The position numbers and the translations under genes are program-made. A stretch of DNA of 64,000 bases from Felis catus (lineage: Eukaryota): assembly GCF_018350175.1 (NCBI RefSeq), contig NC_058368.1:31808001-31872000 (forward strand), given 5' to 3'. Position 1 is the first letter of the stretch; each line of letters begins with the position of its first letter. This document shows positions 23,970 to 38,353 of this stretch, one piece after another. The notes under the pieces are model-generated. The model saw only the letters and a program-made list of their open reading frames with translations. It made no database searches and was not told where the DNA came from.

Positions 23970-24770
23970 TACCTCCATCACTTAAAAGCTTTCAATGGCT
24001 AATCATCGCCCTTAGAATTAAATCCAAATCCCTTATCTTGGCCCATCTGGCCCCACCTGATCTATTCTCTGTCAACTTGTCTATCCTCATTGGCTCAATA
24101 TTTGTCCTCATTCATCACGCCCATGTTTTCAAGGACCTCCTTTTTATTCTCAATTTCTCCAAGTTCTATGTCTAAAATTTGTGCATGGTGTTACCTTTGC
24201 CAGAAAGAAATTCCATAGGCTGGTGAATTCATTGGCTTGGTCTAATCATTAAGGTTTCAGTTTGTACATTTTTCTCTTCACAAAAGTGTTCTATGATCTT
24301 GCCCTCTATCATGCTGCCAGCCCCCGTTTTTGTAATTCCCAGTCATTCTGTATCATATCACACTTTCTTATTTCTTTCAAGGCCTATATCAGTATGTGAA
24401 ATTTTCTTTTTGTCATGGTTTATTTTTATATCAGCCCTCGCCATTAGAATGTTTTACAATAATTGAAATGATCTAAATCTGCACTGTTCAATACAATAGC
24501 CACTAACCATGTGTCTTTTGAGACCTTGAAAGTAGCAAGTGGGACTGTGGACTTAAATCATTAATTTTATTTCAATTTTAACTCACTTAAATTTAAAATT
24601 AAGTAGCCACGTATAACTGGTGACTTCCATATTGGATAGCACAATTCTGTGTCCTTCATTAAATCCACAATTCCACCATGATGAGAAATTTTTCTGTGTA
24701 ATGTGGTCACCTTTATACCATAATGCTTAAAATGTTCGTACTTAATATAAATTTCACAAAATATTTATGA
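23970..24770 (+). mobile_element. L2 3' remnant interrupted by a MER3-like element
   Basis: CTTAAAAGCTTTCAATGGCT...CTTAGAATTAAATCCAAATCCCTTATCTTGGC is an L2-like motif. Confidence 0.6.
24450..24645. mobile_element. hAT-Charlie MITE (MER3-like)
   Basis: CTGTTCAATACAATAGCCACTAACCATGTG...TAGCCACGTATAACTGGTGAC...ATTGGATAGCAC. Confidence 0.7.
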
Positions 24771-24974
24771 AAATAATAAATCAAAAGACAAGTATTAGGA
24801 ACATGTAATCTATTAATATTTATCATTCTTATTAAGATATTTTGTTTGCATCCTGCTTTCTTAACTAAAATTAGTGTGATCATCTTTTTTCTTTCTTTCC
24901 CCTCTCTTTATTTTAGTTTAATTGATCAAATCATTCCCTTTTGTTATTCTGTTATATGTTTGGATATTCTAATA

Positions 24975-25187
24975 GTTATTAATTAATGCCAAGCACTGTT
25001 CTGAGTTCTTTGCACTTATCAACTCATTTGATGTTCACAATAATGCTACGAGGTGGCTGTCATTACCCACATTATACAGATAGGAAACCTGAGGCAAGGC
25101 ATTGCACAAACATGTCCAAGTTACTTACCTCATCAGAGAGTGAGGTTCCAGAGACCACAGTCTTAATCAGTATCCTACATTGCCTCT
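24975..25187 (-). mobile_element. MIR SINE
   Basis: MIR core CCCACATTATACAGATAGGAAACCTGAGGC. Confidence 0.75.
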
Positions 25188-27841
25188 AAATTTGAAAGCC
25201 TCCTTCTGTTATGCTAGTGGTTACCCTTAAATGAACAAACACTTGAAATTATAGTCAATATTATATCAAAATATAAATATTAAAAATTAAGGGCATTAAA
25301 ACACAAAAACAAACAAACAAACAAACAAAAAAAAAAACAAAAACAAAAAACAGACCAGATATTTACGGCACTTTTCTTTCTAATAGTTCCTGCCTTTTAC
25401 CTTCATCCTCACCTGAGTCTGACGGTTGTACTGTAAAAGTTTGAATTTGGAGATGGTTGAGAAAGGGAGACAGAGAAAGAGGAAAAATTTTTCTCTTTGC
25501 AACAATCCTTGTCCTCTGGACTGGGAATGGCCAGGAGAACAAATGAAGACACATGCCATCCAAGTGGGTTCCTTCTCCCCCATCCAGGCCAGCTACCTCC
25601 AACCTCACTCAGGACAGACGGTGAACTTTGCCTTTTCCCCATCATGTTTTTCCTCATGCAGCCATACTAATTGATAAGCAAATAAAACAAAATTGATATA
25701 CAATTATTTGATTTATTAATATCACTGATCTATCTAGAGTCAACAGAAAAACCAATTGTGTTATAGAATCCCCCAAAATTTCAAAAATACTCATGTTTAG
25801 AAATACATATTTACAAAATATCCAGATCCCTATTTTGCCTCCACTTACATTTTTAACTAGTCTTTCTGGGACTATCTGTATCAAAGAACAGCCTACAATC
25901 ACTCTCAAATTAGTTTTATTCCTAAATCATTTATTTACATGTCATTAATGGGATTATAACTTGAGTTTAACACAAGTTAGCCTGCAGAGATCATCCTTAG
26001 AAACTGTGTACTTCTTTCTAGGTAACAACTCTCAGGCTAGTAGATTTTCTTCCAAATGTATAGAAAATATGTTTCTGTGATCAAAATTATACAAAGAACC
26101 AAATGTTTACTTTCAGTTATGTCTTATAAAAACACCTGTTGGTGTTAATCTGAACTTCACTTTTTATTTTGAATTTGCTTTATTGTGCAAGCCTCATTTA
26201 CTTCAGATGAAGTTTGTGTATTTCTAAAACATTATTTTAATTAAACACTAATAGATTTCTTTAGTTTTACTCTCCATAATTTTACTCCCAAGATACTTAA
26301 ATAGAGATACAGAAATAAATAATTTCAAATCCAGATGAAATCAAGTGTTGTCTGGCAAAAACAATAGCTTAAAACAGCTAGGAAATGTAGGTGAATAGTT
26401 ATTGGACCTATTGTAGGAAATAATTTCGTGAGTAAGATGTGAAAGAAAGGTGTCATAAGTTTGACCATATTAAAATTAAACTCAAAGACAGCAAAGTTAT
26501 AGGTTATGAACTGGGAGTGGTATGTAAATAGACAAAACCAACAAAAGATTCATAACAGGAGTATCGTAGAGAATTTCCACAAATCAATAAAACCAGTATA
26601 AAGGACTGGGGAGGAAAATTGATGAGCAATATAAACACGTATTTTAAAGACTAGGAAACACACGTGGCCAATTAACAGATAACAATACACCCAAACTGCA
26701 ATGACAAAATCCGGTTCTTTTTTTATTTTCCTTCTACTTTAATTTTCTGCAGCACTGTGCCATGTTGTCACCTTTCTCGTGAGTCTCTTTTCTTCACTGG
26801 CTCTCAGTACATGCTCAATCACACTCTTTTGTATGTCAGACAAATCCCTTCATGTTACAACCTCCTGCCTATTCTTAGTTCAACAGTTTCATTCGACAAA
26901 TTTGTCTTCTACATCTTTTGTATTGCAAGCACTGTGTGACTCGTGGATGACTGGAAATGAAAAAGACATAGCCCTTGTTCTCCTTGTCCCTGAAGTACTT
27001 ATGATCTAGTGAAAGAAGACAGGACTTAACAGGTAGTTTTTAGCATCAACTTTCCCAGCCAGCGATTCTACCATAGTAATGTGCTTTGACCTCCTCTACG
27101 AAACCTTCCCAGAGCCTGTTTGTCAGCTGTCGTAGCCAATCTATATGCTGAGGGTACTGCTCTTACTTTGTATCTGCTTTTTGTGGGGAGGAATGATAGT
27201 TTCATATGGTCAATAATGAGGGCAGATAACTGAACATATTAAAAATTATGTTCTACATTTTTTAGTACAAGTAATGCAAATATATAGAGTTTTAATGTAA
27301 GGAAAACCAGAGAGAAAGACTTCTAAAGGGAAATGGCAATGGAACTAGGTGATGCGCAAAATGGGCATATTTGTAAGAGGAGCTTGTTGAAAATGAGAGA
27401 AATGTTATTAAATGTCGGTCTTGATGGGCCTAGAGAAGCTGAATGTGTTTTGACTCCAAAGACCCATTTGAGTTTATAAGCATTGTTTCAAATCAACTAG
27501 AAATCATGAAAAAAGAAGGGGCAACAATTTAAAAAAATATGACCGAATTTAGGGTATATAATACTAACATAGGTAGTGGTTGTACATATTAAAGACATCT
27601 CCTGCTGTTGAGGAATTTGTAATATTGTGAGAAAAAAAGATGAATACTTATATAACTTAATCTCAAAAGTGCACCTTAGTAAAGAGAGTTGAGTCAGAGA
27701 GCATACAAGACTTCTTTTAACTGAAGGAATCTTTAGTTCCTACACACAAAAAGAGTTCAACATTTTATTATCTCTCATAATTTGTAATGTGGCTGTCACT
27801 ATGTGCATATCCAAACAGTCTCAGAAATTATCAAACTCTTA

Positions 27842-28027
27842 GGGGCGCCTGGGTGGCTCAGTTGGTAAGCGTCCAACTCTTGATTTCGGGTCACATCATG
27901 ATCTCAGGGGTTAAGCTCCAGCCTGTGGTAAGCTCAGCATGGAGCCTACTTGGAATTCTCTCTCTCTCCCACTCCTTCTGTCCCTCTCCATCCCCTTCCA
28001 AACTAAATAAATAAACATTAAAAAAAA
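27842..28027 (+). mobile_element. CAN-SINE
   Basis: GGGGCGCCTGGGTGGCTCAG head; degenerate AGAAATTA..AACTCT flanks. Confidence 0.9.
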
Positions 28028-28549
28028 GAAATTACCTAACTCTAATTTTTCTCCACATTGTTCAGTTGCAGGTGAATAGCATTAATTTACAGTATGGATA
28101 AGGATACACTATTTTTACTATTTGTAATTATGGTGGGCAACTAATATTCTCAGGGGTGCAGGGATGTTTGGGGGAAATATTAAGAGAAGGCCTCCAAACT
28201 CCATAATTGTGTAAGCTACAAAAATCAAGTACAAGTAACCTGAACTTTGACCTTATCTTTTAATGTTAAATTTTTCAAACATACAATTTATTTATTTTTT
28301 AAATTTATTTGGCAAATATCTATGTTGCTAGGAATTAGTCTTTCCTAGATATGCTATTGATTATGTGTGTGAATTTGTGGTGGGGGTGATTAAATAGATG
28401 TTTCCAATCTTGAAGAGTTCATAGTCCAGGGCAAAGAAAAGATGTGAACAAATGGTAGCCCAAAGGGAAAAAGAGTGATGGAAATACTGAAGGGTGAGCA
28501 AAAAACAAGCCTCTGGTGAAAAAGCAAATGCTTCATAGATGTGGTGATA

Positions 28550-28762
28550 ATTTTTTTAAGGTTTTATTTGTTTTTGAAAGAGAAAGAGAAACAGAGTGCA
28601 AGCTGGGGAGGGGCAGAGAGAGACACACACACACAGAATCAGAAGCAGGCTCCAGGCTCTGAGCTGTCAGCACAGAGCCCGATGTGGGCTCAAACTCACG
28701 AACAGGGAGATCATGACCTGAGCTGAAGTCGGATGCTTAACCGACTGAGCAACCCAGGTGCC
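28550..28762 (-). mobile_element. CAN-SINE
   Basis: TSD AGAT(G/A)TGGTGATA. Confidence 0.92.
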
Positions 28763-29076
28763 AGATATGGTGATATTTGAGCTGGACTTTAAGAATGATT
28801 ATGACACTGAGTAGACATTGCTAAGAAAAGCATTTCAGACATTTCAGGAAACTTCCAACCCATCTCTACCACTTTTCACAAACAACTTGATTCTCAACTA
28901 TGCTATGCTATTCACTCATATGTTCTCTCTTTTAGTGATGAGTAGTGCCAGTAAGTTTCTACAAGTAGCTTGGTGGAGTTGACTCTTAAGACCAAGACCT
29001 AGAACTTTTCAGGACTTGAATCCATCTTTTTAAAACTAGTTCACTCTTCTACTTCAGTCATTTATGTATTTTTAAA

Positions 29077-29260
29077 TGTTTTTAATGTTTATTTATTTTT
29101 GAGAGAGAGAGAGACAGGGCATGAGTGGGGAAGGACAGAGAGACAGGGAGACACAGAATACGAAGCCGGCTCCAGACTCTGAGCTGTCAGCTCAGAGCTG
29201 ACATCAGATCATGACCTGAGCTGAAGTCAAAGCTTTACTGACTGAGCCACTCAGGTGACC
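29077..29260 (-). mobile_element. CAN-SINE with an internal deletion
   Basis: SINE body lacks the B-box segment; TGTATTTTTAAA flanks. Confidence 0.88.
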
Positions 29261-29793
29261 TAGTGTATTTTTAAAATATATTTTATTACCTATTAATATC
29301 AGGAGCTCATCTTTCCATTGTGGGTCCCTTGAATGCCCAAAACACTTGGCACAGGACTGTTCACAAATTTCACAGAGCCCCATAAATACATAGTTCTTCT
29401 TTCCATAAACCTTGAATCATATTTATTTCGTTCATGTTTCCCTTATACACTTTTAGAATTAAATTTTCATACCCTTCCTTGTCCCAAGCCCTAGGGCTTA
29501 TACCACTTTTTCTCTCTTTCCCCTAATAGTTCAATTTTCCTATCATGGATAAATGTGCTACATATGTGCTTTTTTCTTAAAGAGTAGACTATCACTTAGA
29601 TTTATACATCCCTCACCAGTGTGGCAAGTGATCAAGAATGGTATTATAATTGTATTCAGGTCCATAAAACTAAACTTGATAGCATGAAGAAAATGCATAT
29701 CAAAAACTACTAACTTTTCACTTTATTTTGTGACTTTAAAACAAAATATTATTTGCAGGACTCTTTTGATGTCAAACAGCAACTTTATTCTTT

Positions 29794-29998
29794 GGGGTTC
29801 CTGGGTGGCTCATTGGTTAAGCGTCCGACTCTTGGTTTCTGCTCAGGTCATGATTTCACGGTTTATGGGTCTGAACCCCGAGTCAGGCTCTGAGCTGACA
29901 ATGAGGAACCTGCTTGGGATTCTCTCTTTCCCTCTGTCTCTGCCCCGCCTCCACTTGTTCTCTCTCTCTCCCCAAATAAATATTTTTTTAAAAAAATA
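29794..29998 (+). mobile_element. CAN-SINE
   Basis: TSD AACTTTATTCTTT at 29781-29793 and 29999-30011. Confidence 0.92.
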
Positions 29999-30667
29999 AA
30001 CTTTATTCTTTGAGTTGAGGGAAAATTTTATTTCTAAATATTCAAAAATACTTGAAATTTGAACAGCAAAGAAAATCTGAGAACAAGTTGGGAAGAGAAA
30101 GTGTGTACATTTGTGAAGTTTTATTTTTTTTAATTTTTTTTTTCAAGAAATCCAGTCTACTTAAAATTAAGTCAATCCACCATGATTTTCTTCAATCTCT
30201 TAATCAGTCCCTCTTTGCATTTTTGAGTTTGGACATGCCTATACCTCGTAAGTTAGTGAACTATAAAGTTACAACTAGTCTGCAAGGCTAAAAAGACAGA
30301 CTTTCCAAATCATCAGGACTGCTTGGGTAACATAAGTCGATTTAATTTGTGTAAAGTAGCTCCCTCTCAGCGTTTTCTGCTATAGATCTTTTAATTTCCC
30401 TATAGGTTTTTAGCTCCACAATGATTTTTTGTAATTAAGAGTTATGTACCTAATGACATTGAGTTTGTCAGGAGAAGTGCCACTGCCCACACCACACTGC
30501 TAACAGCAAACTAAGAACTCTCCCTACAATATAGCTGTACTACTCAGAGTTGAAAGCAGAGGAGTCTAGACTTTCTTTTACAGTAAATACAACATGCTCC
30601 AAGACCTGTGATTCAACAGACCAGGAGCAAATGTTTGCACTCAACAGACTCAATAAACAATCTTATA

Positions 30668-30889
30668 CAGTAAAACCTTGATTCATGAGCATAATTCATT
30701 CCAGAAATATGCTTATAATCCAAATAACTTGTATATCAAAGAGAATTTCAAGAACCATTGGCTCAGTTGTGATCATGTGTTGTTCAGGGTCACCCACTAC
30801 TCAGATTGCAAGACATCACTCATTTACCAAGTTAAAATTTATTAGAAATGTTTGCTCATCTTGCAGAACACTCACAGAAGGTTTTACTG
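30668..30889. mobile_element. TcMar-Tigger MITE
   Basis: 12-bp TIRs CAGTAAAACCTT / AAGGTTTTACTG with TA on both sides. Confidence 0.85.
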
Positions 30890-31186
30890 TAATTTTGAAA
30901 GGTTTCAGATATGGTAGAAAACTACAAAATTTAACACTATAGTTAAATTGATGCACTTTCAGTTGTTGGTTGTACATGAAATGTCTTTCTTTCATGCACG
31001 AAACAGTCAACATTAGTTTAAAAAAAAATCCAACAACAAAAAAAAAACAATGCTCCAAAGTAACCAGACCATACTTCTGGCAGTTTGTTCCCACTGTTTC
31101 CTGTTTTGTAAATCAAATTATTTCAAAAGATTGATTGACTGGTATTATTACATATTAAAGAAGGAGACATGTAATGGCAGATCTTT

Positions 31187-31298
31187 ATTTTATTTATTTA
31201 ATTTTTATTTTTTAAGTAGGCTCCATGCCCTATGTGGGACTTGAACTCATGACTCTGAGATCAAGAGTTGCCTATTCTACTGACTGAGCCAGGCAGGC
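31187..31298 (-). mobile_element. Short CAN-SINE variant without a (CT)n tract
   Basis: AAGTAGGCTCCATGCC...CTGACTGAGCCAGGCAGG; TSD AATGG(C/T)AGATCTTT. Confidence 0.85.
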
Positions 31299-31520
31299 AA
31301 TGGTAGATCTTTTAAAAGAGCAACCGTATAGGGAAGGGATGATGTTCACTGTCACTTACCTGTCTGTGAGTTGTAGCTAAAAAGTATGATAGTTATGCTT
31401 ATCATTTTGATCACTGAAATCTTCAGAAACACTGTGTTTCTTGTGCTAGTCAGGACAGAGTGGATTAATACACTCACTTCAATCTCTCTTTACCCTCATA
31501 GTGGATCACTTACTGTTTTT

Positions 31521-31851
31521 GTTCACCCTCGAACAACACAGGTGTTAGGGGCACCAACCCCCAACATGGTTGAAAATCTACCTATAACTTTTGACTCCCT
31601 ACATACTTAACTACTAATAGCCTACTGTTGACCAGAAGCCTTACTGGTAACATAAACAGTCCATAAACATATGTTCTGTATGTTATATGTAGTTTTACAA
31701 TATTTTTGCAATAAAGTAAGTTAGAGAAAATATATTAAGAAAGTTATAAAGAAGAGAAAATACATCCATAGTTCTGTAATGTATTTATTGAAAAAAAATC
31801 TACCTATATGTGGGCCAGCACACTTTGAACTCATGTTTTTCAAGGGTCAAC
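31521..31851. mobile_element. TcMar-Tigger element (Tigger2a-like)
   Basis: Degenerate TIRs GTTCACCCTCGAACAACA / TGTTTTTCAAGGGTCAAC; internal TAATAGCCTACTGTTGACCAGAAGCCTTAC. Confidence 0.8.
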
Positions 31852-32047
31852 AATATATAGTAAATTAAAGGATATACTAAAAATGAAGTTAAAGAGTAGA
31901 ATTCAGATCAGATTTAGTAAACATACATATATTCACTATAGGAGATTTATTCATAATACACACATCAGGAATAGCTTATATGATTATATAGTACATATAT
32001 AATTAGAACATATTTTCTGTCCAGCATTAGGAATTTCATAATCTCCA

Positions 32048-32242
32048 TTTTATTTTATTTTTATTAAAGTTTATTTATTTATTTTGAGATAGAGAGAGGG
32101 AGGGTGGGGGAGGGAATCTCAAGCAGGCCCTGCACTGTCAGTGCAGAGTCCACGGAGAGGCTCAAACTCATGAAGCATGAGATTGTGACCTGAGCCAAAA
32201 CCAAGAGTCAGATGTTTAACTGACTGAGCCACCCCGGCACCC
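32048..32242 (-). mobile_element. CAN-SINE
   Basis: T-rich tail, SINE body, ...GGCACCC end. Confidence 0.88.
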
Positions 32243-34105
32243 AAACATTATGAATTTCAACTCTTAATAGGTAAATGTTGACATTATATTCATTTGAACC
32301 TCACACTTTTAGAAATGTTTTTTTAAAAGTATCTGTTTACTTAGGAAATGTTTAAAAATATTAAAAAAAGTAGAGAGGATAAAAGAACTAACTGGACATA
32401 CCCATCATCTCCTTTCTATAATTAATATATGGTCAATTTGTTTTACCTATAACCCAATCTTCTTCCATTTCAAAGTATTTGAAGCAATACTAGACATCAC
32501 AGCATTTTACCTATAAAAGTTCTTACATAGATTCCTAAAATCATGGACACTTTATAAAATACTACATAACTACAATACTGTTATCACATCTGAAAATCAA
32601 TAATCATTTCTTAATGTTATCAACTACTCAGTAAATCCTTATGTACCTATATGTCTTTGAGTGTCTCATAAATGTTTTTAGCCATTCATTTATTTGTTTG
32701 TTCCTTTGATAGTGGTATGTGTGAATTGGGACCCAAATCAGTGTGTATACTGCAACTAGATATTATGTCCTTTAAGGCCATTTTAGGATAAACTTTTACC
32801 ATGACTCATGACAATTATAAAAATAATTCTGAGTTTCGGATTTTCTCAGTGGAATAGTCAGATGTAAAAATTATTTATTAATCATTTAGAGATCCATATT
32901 GTGAGAAGTTTATAATAAATATCATACTTAATATTTTTAACTCTTTAGTTATGCAACACTCTACGTGCTTCAAGAGAACTTGACATTTCAGTAGCATCTG
33001 GACAAAAAATACATCTCCCCTATTTAGCAAACACAGGTTGAGGTAGCCTTAAATAAAGTTGTGACTTTTGACCAAAAAAAATACATATACATGAATATAT
33101 ATATTTCTAATGAGCATATATTCATCTAAGAAGCAGAAAAATACAAATAAAAAAAATCATGATCAGTAACACGTTCCATAATTATTTTAAAATTTCTTAA
33201 CATGACAAAAGATGAGTATAGCTCTAATTTACCCATCCTTATTCATACAGACAATATATGAATTAAAGTAACCAACAGACCCTCTATTACAGACGAAAAG
33301 CATGATCAGAGTTTTCGTTTGGTTGTAACTTCCTTTCTGAACTCTGATACCCAGTTCCAGCCATAGCACGATACGCTATGGATGAGAACCAATTAGTTTG
33401 GCAAGTATCTGTCAGAAAATTGCCCAGTGATTTCTGACTGCCATAACTGACTAGTGGTGCCTGAGCAGACAAAGCAACTGGAAGGAGTTTTGGAGTATAC
33501 CATAGGATGGAATATTACTTGGCAATAAAATGGAGTGAGATATTGTTATAGGTTAAAATGCAGATGAACATTGAAAACGTTTTGCAAAATTAAAGAAGCC
33601 ATACTCACATGGTTACATTTACATGAAATTTCCAGAATAGACAAATCTAAAGAGATTAGGAAATAGATTAGCTGTTGCTTACAGCTGGGGTACATGGATA
33701 ATGTGGAGTCACTCCAAATGAGTATGGGGTTTCTTTCTGTGATGAAACGTTCTAAACATAGATTATACGATGATTGCACATCTCTGTGAACTCTGTAATT
33801 ATACTAAAAACTATATTTTATTAATTAATCATATATGAAAAGCAACTAAAGCAGAGCTTTGGAAAAGATATATTAACAAGGAAAGGGTCTCATCTTATCT
33901 AAGCTTCTATCTTAATATACTTAAAAAAGAAGTGCCAATTAAATCCAAAACAAGGAGAAGGCAGTAAATAATGAAAATAGCAGAAAATCAGAAATAGAAA
34001 ACAGGAAAAGAGAGAAATGAATGAATTCAAAAGACAATTTTCTGAAAGTTACAAAAAAAAAATTGGCAAAACTCTGGCCAGATGGATGAAACAAGAGGGA
34101 ACGAG

Positions 34106-34192
34106 AAGAAAAGAAGGAAAGAAGGAAGGAAGGAAGGAAGGAAGGAAGGAAGGAAGGAAGGGAGGAAGGGAGGAAGGAAGGGAGGAAGGAAA
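34106..34192. repeat. (GGAA)n purine microsatellite
   Basis: Read directly. Confidence 0.95.
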
Positions 34193-34670
34193 GCCAAAGG
34201 GATGGTAGGCAGGCAGGCAAAACACAAATTGCCATGTAAGGAATAAGAGAGATTACTTCATTGCAGATCCTACAGGTATTAAAAGTGTAATGGCATATTA
34301 TAAAAAACTTATGTCAGTATATCCCACAAATTAGGTAAAATGGTGAATTCCCTAAAATATGCAAATTAACAAAGATTACTCAAGAAGTGAATGCCATCTA
34401 TTAAATATGCACATGTCTAGAGAGCTTCACTTGTGAATTCTACAAAATTTTGGAATAAACCATACCAATTTTACACAAAACATTTCAAAATCTCAAAGAT
34501 GAGAGAACAATGCCCAATTCTATCCATAAGACTGGCATCATTCTGCTGCTATATTATGAAGCTACACACAAAAAAAAAACTGGAAACTAAAAAACAAAAC
34601 AAAACAACAACAACAAAACAATCATCCCAGTGGATGCAGAAAGAGCATTTGAAAAAATTTCATCCATTTC

Positions 34671-34879
34671 TTTTACTTTAAAATTTTTTTTAATTTCTTT
34701 TTGATAGAGAAAGACAAAGAAAGCAAGAGGAAGAGGGGCAGACAGAGAAGGAGAGAGAGAATCCCAAGCAGCTATCAGCACAGAGCCTGATGTGAGGCTT
34801 GAACTCGCGAACCATGAGACCACAACCTGAGCCGAAACTAAAGTCAGACACTTAACTGACTCAGCCACCCAGGTGCCCC
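34671..34879 (-). mobile_element. CAN-SINE in old L1
   Basis: ...GCCACCCAGGTGCCCC end; TCAT(C/T)CATTT flanks. Confidence 0.9.
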
Positions 34880-34977
34880 TCATTCATTTTGACTAAAAAT
34901 TTCAGCTACCTAAAAATAGAAAGAAATTTCTCAACCAAGTAAAGACCATCTACAAAAGCTTACAATTAACATCATTC

Positions 34978-35176
34978 TGTTTGTTTGTTTGTTTGTTTGT
35001 TTGTTTGTTTGTTTTTGAGAGAGAGCACAAGCAGGGTAGGGGCAGAGAGAGAGGGAGACAGAGGTTCCAAAGAGGGCTCTGTGCAGAGAGGCTCATGGGG
35101 GTTTGAACTCATAAACTGTGAGATCATGACCTAAGCCAAAGTCCCATGCTCAACAGATTGAGCCACTCAGGCACCC
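34978..35176 (-). mobile_element. CAN-SINE with a (TTTG)n tail
   Basis: CATCATTCT flanks; SINE body. Confidence 0.88.
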
Positions 35177-38100
35177 ACCATCATTCTTAATAGTGAAAAA
35201 CTGAACACATTCTCTTAAAGATTGGAAAAAGGGAGAATAGAGCCACACACAATACTTCTAATCCTAACCAGTATAACTGGATAATCAATGTGTACATGGA
35301 AATTCAGAAAAATTAAACACTATTTTCTTTTCAAAAGACAATGTTTTGAACATGAAAAATTCAGCCACATATTGGAAGAATGTATTTGAAAAACACATAT
35401 TTGATAAAGAGTTGTATCGAGAATATATAACAAACTCCTACAAATCAATAATAATAAGGAAAACAATTCAATAAATATAAATAGGGGAACGTTTGACAAG
35501 ACATTCTACGGAAGATAGGTAGAAGGCATAATCACTAAAAAGCTCCTCCAATCATTAATCTTTAGGAAAATAAAAATTGAAACCACAGTGAAATACCACT
35601 ACACTTTTTGCTAGAATGACTACAATTAAAAACACTAACAATACCAAGTTTTGTTAGGGTTAAAGTTGTAAAGTAGCTGGAATTTTTATGCTACTGAACC
35701 AATGTATAGACTGCCCATACAATGGAATACCATTGAGAAATGTAAGGGAATAAATTACTGATTCTCCAAAAACATGGGTACATCTCAAAAACATCGTACT
35801 AAGTGAAAGAAGCCAATTACAAAAGACCATATGGTATATAATACCATTTATCAGACATTCTAGGAAAGACAAAATTTTAATGATAGATGGTAGAGCAGTG
35901 TTATCACAGGCCAAGTAGTATGAGGAGAGGACTCAAAAAAGCAAGAGGAAACTTTTTTGAGTTTTGAAAGCATTCTATCTCATGAGTTTGGTAGTTGTTA
36001 TAGGATGGTATCTCTTTGTAAAACCTAATCTATTTTGTACTTACACTTGATAGATTTGATAGGTAAGTAAAATTGAGCAAAAAAACAAGCAACAGAAGGT
36101 GACAGATGATTTCACTTGTTGTTGAGTCTTATAACGATATCACTAAAGATGAGAAAGAATGAGTTGTTCCTGCATGCAGTGTCTTAGAGATAAGTGCTTT
36201 ATATATTGTTATACTAAGAAAACAAGACACGTTAGACTATAATTTAATCTGAGTTTTAAAAATAGTGATTCTCTGTGTGTGAATATGCAAATATATAATC
36301 ATACATATGTAAAAAAATGTCAAAACTTTTCTCCAAAATATATTTCATGATGATAGAATTATAGGGCTTTTCACTTTTTAGTTCACACAATCCATTACTC
36401 TGTGATTTGAGCTTATATAATGGGTGTATTTAAAAATAATTTAAAGAACTTTAAAAAAAGTTAGTATTGTTAAACAAAAAGAAAATCAAATTATTCTTTT
36501 AGTGTAAGGCTAATGGTAAGGCAATCTGATATAATGGGAAGACTGTGTAAGTTTATAGATGTCCATAGATGGATGCCTACCTTGGGGAATTCCTCTAACT
36601 TCCAAATCCATAAATTCCTCTTGGCGAAAAATTAGTATTATGATACAGGACATACATGTAACTATTACTTTAAACATAAAATGATTTATTACATATTAAA
36701 ATTCTCAACTCCAAATGTTTACTTCCTTCTTATTTTCTTCCACTTAATCATTGTTGGGTCACTCTCAGTGGAAATAAAAGAAAGTATGTGTGTTTGTGTG
36801 TATGTGTTAGAAATGGGATAGTGAAAAACACCTAAAGTTATTTTTAACTTCTTCAAGTCACAGACATGCTTGAGTATCATTGCTTTTCAAAATATTCCAG
36901 AGATGTCGATTAGTTGCAATAGTTTTTATACAAATCTTACCCGCATTCCCTTAGCTATTCTCAAAGTACACTAATGAGACAATACTGGTTGTTCAAAATG
37001 AAAGCTTGTGTATCATCTTTGTGTTTGATGAAGTTCCCAGTTTGTTTTAAGTTCTCAACAATAATTTAAACAGAAAGTATTTTGCTTTCTACAAATTACC
37101 AACTATCCCTGCCTAAATTAGAATAATCTCTCTTTATCAGACACACACACTTAGATTTTTCTGAAGCAAAGCGAATACCTCTGGAAAAACCTATTAAAAA
37201 AACGAAACTGCATTATTACAATGCCATTGTTTTTTCTTCTTAAAAATAATTGTGTACCAAAATTCTCATGCTTGATCATTATTATTTTCATCAGTTTTTA
37301 AATGTCTGTTATGAACAATTGCTTTCCACATATTTCTCTTACATTAGTCATTCTTGTATTTAAGTGTTGCTTGTAAAACACATTACATAATTTGTTTTTG
37401 GAAAAATGTATAGTTTTGGAGTCATTTATTTTCATAATTCTAGAATGCTGCTTAACATTACGTTATTATGATTCTAAAATAAGTTACGTCCCTTCACTAG
37501 CTCCTAAGTGAAAACTTTTCTTACATTTCGCTATTACTTCTTTATGTGCTGGTATTTTTACCACCAGCTTTACTTGTCCAATCATCTATTATATTTTGCC
37601 TTTGATCTAACATCATTTTATATCCTGTATCTATTTTATAAACTGCGGAATTATGTTTGAACGATTGAAATTTAGTCGTTCAAAATAGCTTAGTACTCAA
37701 CAAAAAAGACAAACACAGGTAAATATTTTAGAGGTGAGTTCCTTACATAATAAGTTAAGTTTTCACAAAACTGGAAATTCCAATTATAGTTATGTACTGC
37801 TGTTTAAATTATTGATTGTTCCTGGCACTGATAACCAAAGACTCCACCTTGACCCCCAGAAGTTGACAGTTTTCAGTCAGATATACATATCAATTATTTT
37901 ACCTTTTAGTTCAATACAATGGAATTTTTAAAAAAATAACTACCATCCACATTCTCTGAAATGAGATACCAGAAGGTTTGCCTCAGTGACTCTATTGTAA
38001 TATTTCATTTTAATCTGGTAAATCATTAGTTTGTACCAAGTCAGAAAACAATCAGAACTTCTACTTTGAGTTACAGGAACACCAAGAATTGAAGAGTTAA

Positions 38101-38353
38101 TTTTAGAAATACTTATTTATTCAAATGTAACCCAAATGATAAAGCTTGATCTGCATGCCTAGGATATAATTTTATACTTAAGTAGAGACACTTTTAATTT
38201 TTTCCTCTCTTTTTCATTTTATCATGCTTAAAATCATCAGATTTCAGTAAAAACATGTCAACTATTTTAGAATCCTTTTAATTTCATTTGATTTTAGTTA
38301 AGAGCTACTTGCATTGACAAATAATTTGTTTCATTTTAATGTCCAGATGTTTT

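Larger units (their letters stand above)
33500..36050 (+). mobile_element. Cluster of fragmented ancient L1 (L1M-type) ORF2/3'UTR remnants
   Basis: GATGCAGAAAGAGCATTTGA, ACCACAGTGAAATACCACTAC, CTAAGTGAAAGAAGCCA motifs; no intact frame. Confidence 0.7.

Noticed and set aside
25363..25674. Four overlapping ORFs on both strands
   Set aside because: Local GC rise without protein motifs; more likely an old repeat remnant
33939..34235. LPSF/EGRK repeat ORFs (also 49850-50118)
   Set aside because: Translations of (GGAA)n/(GAAA)n microsatellites
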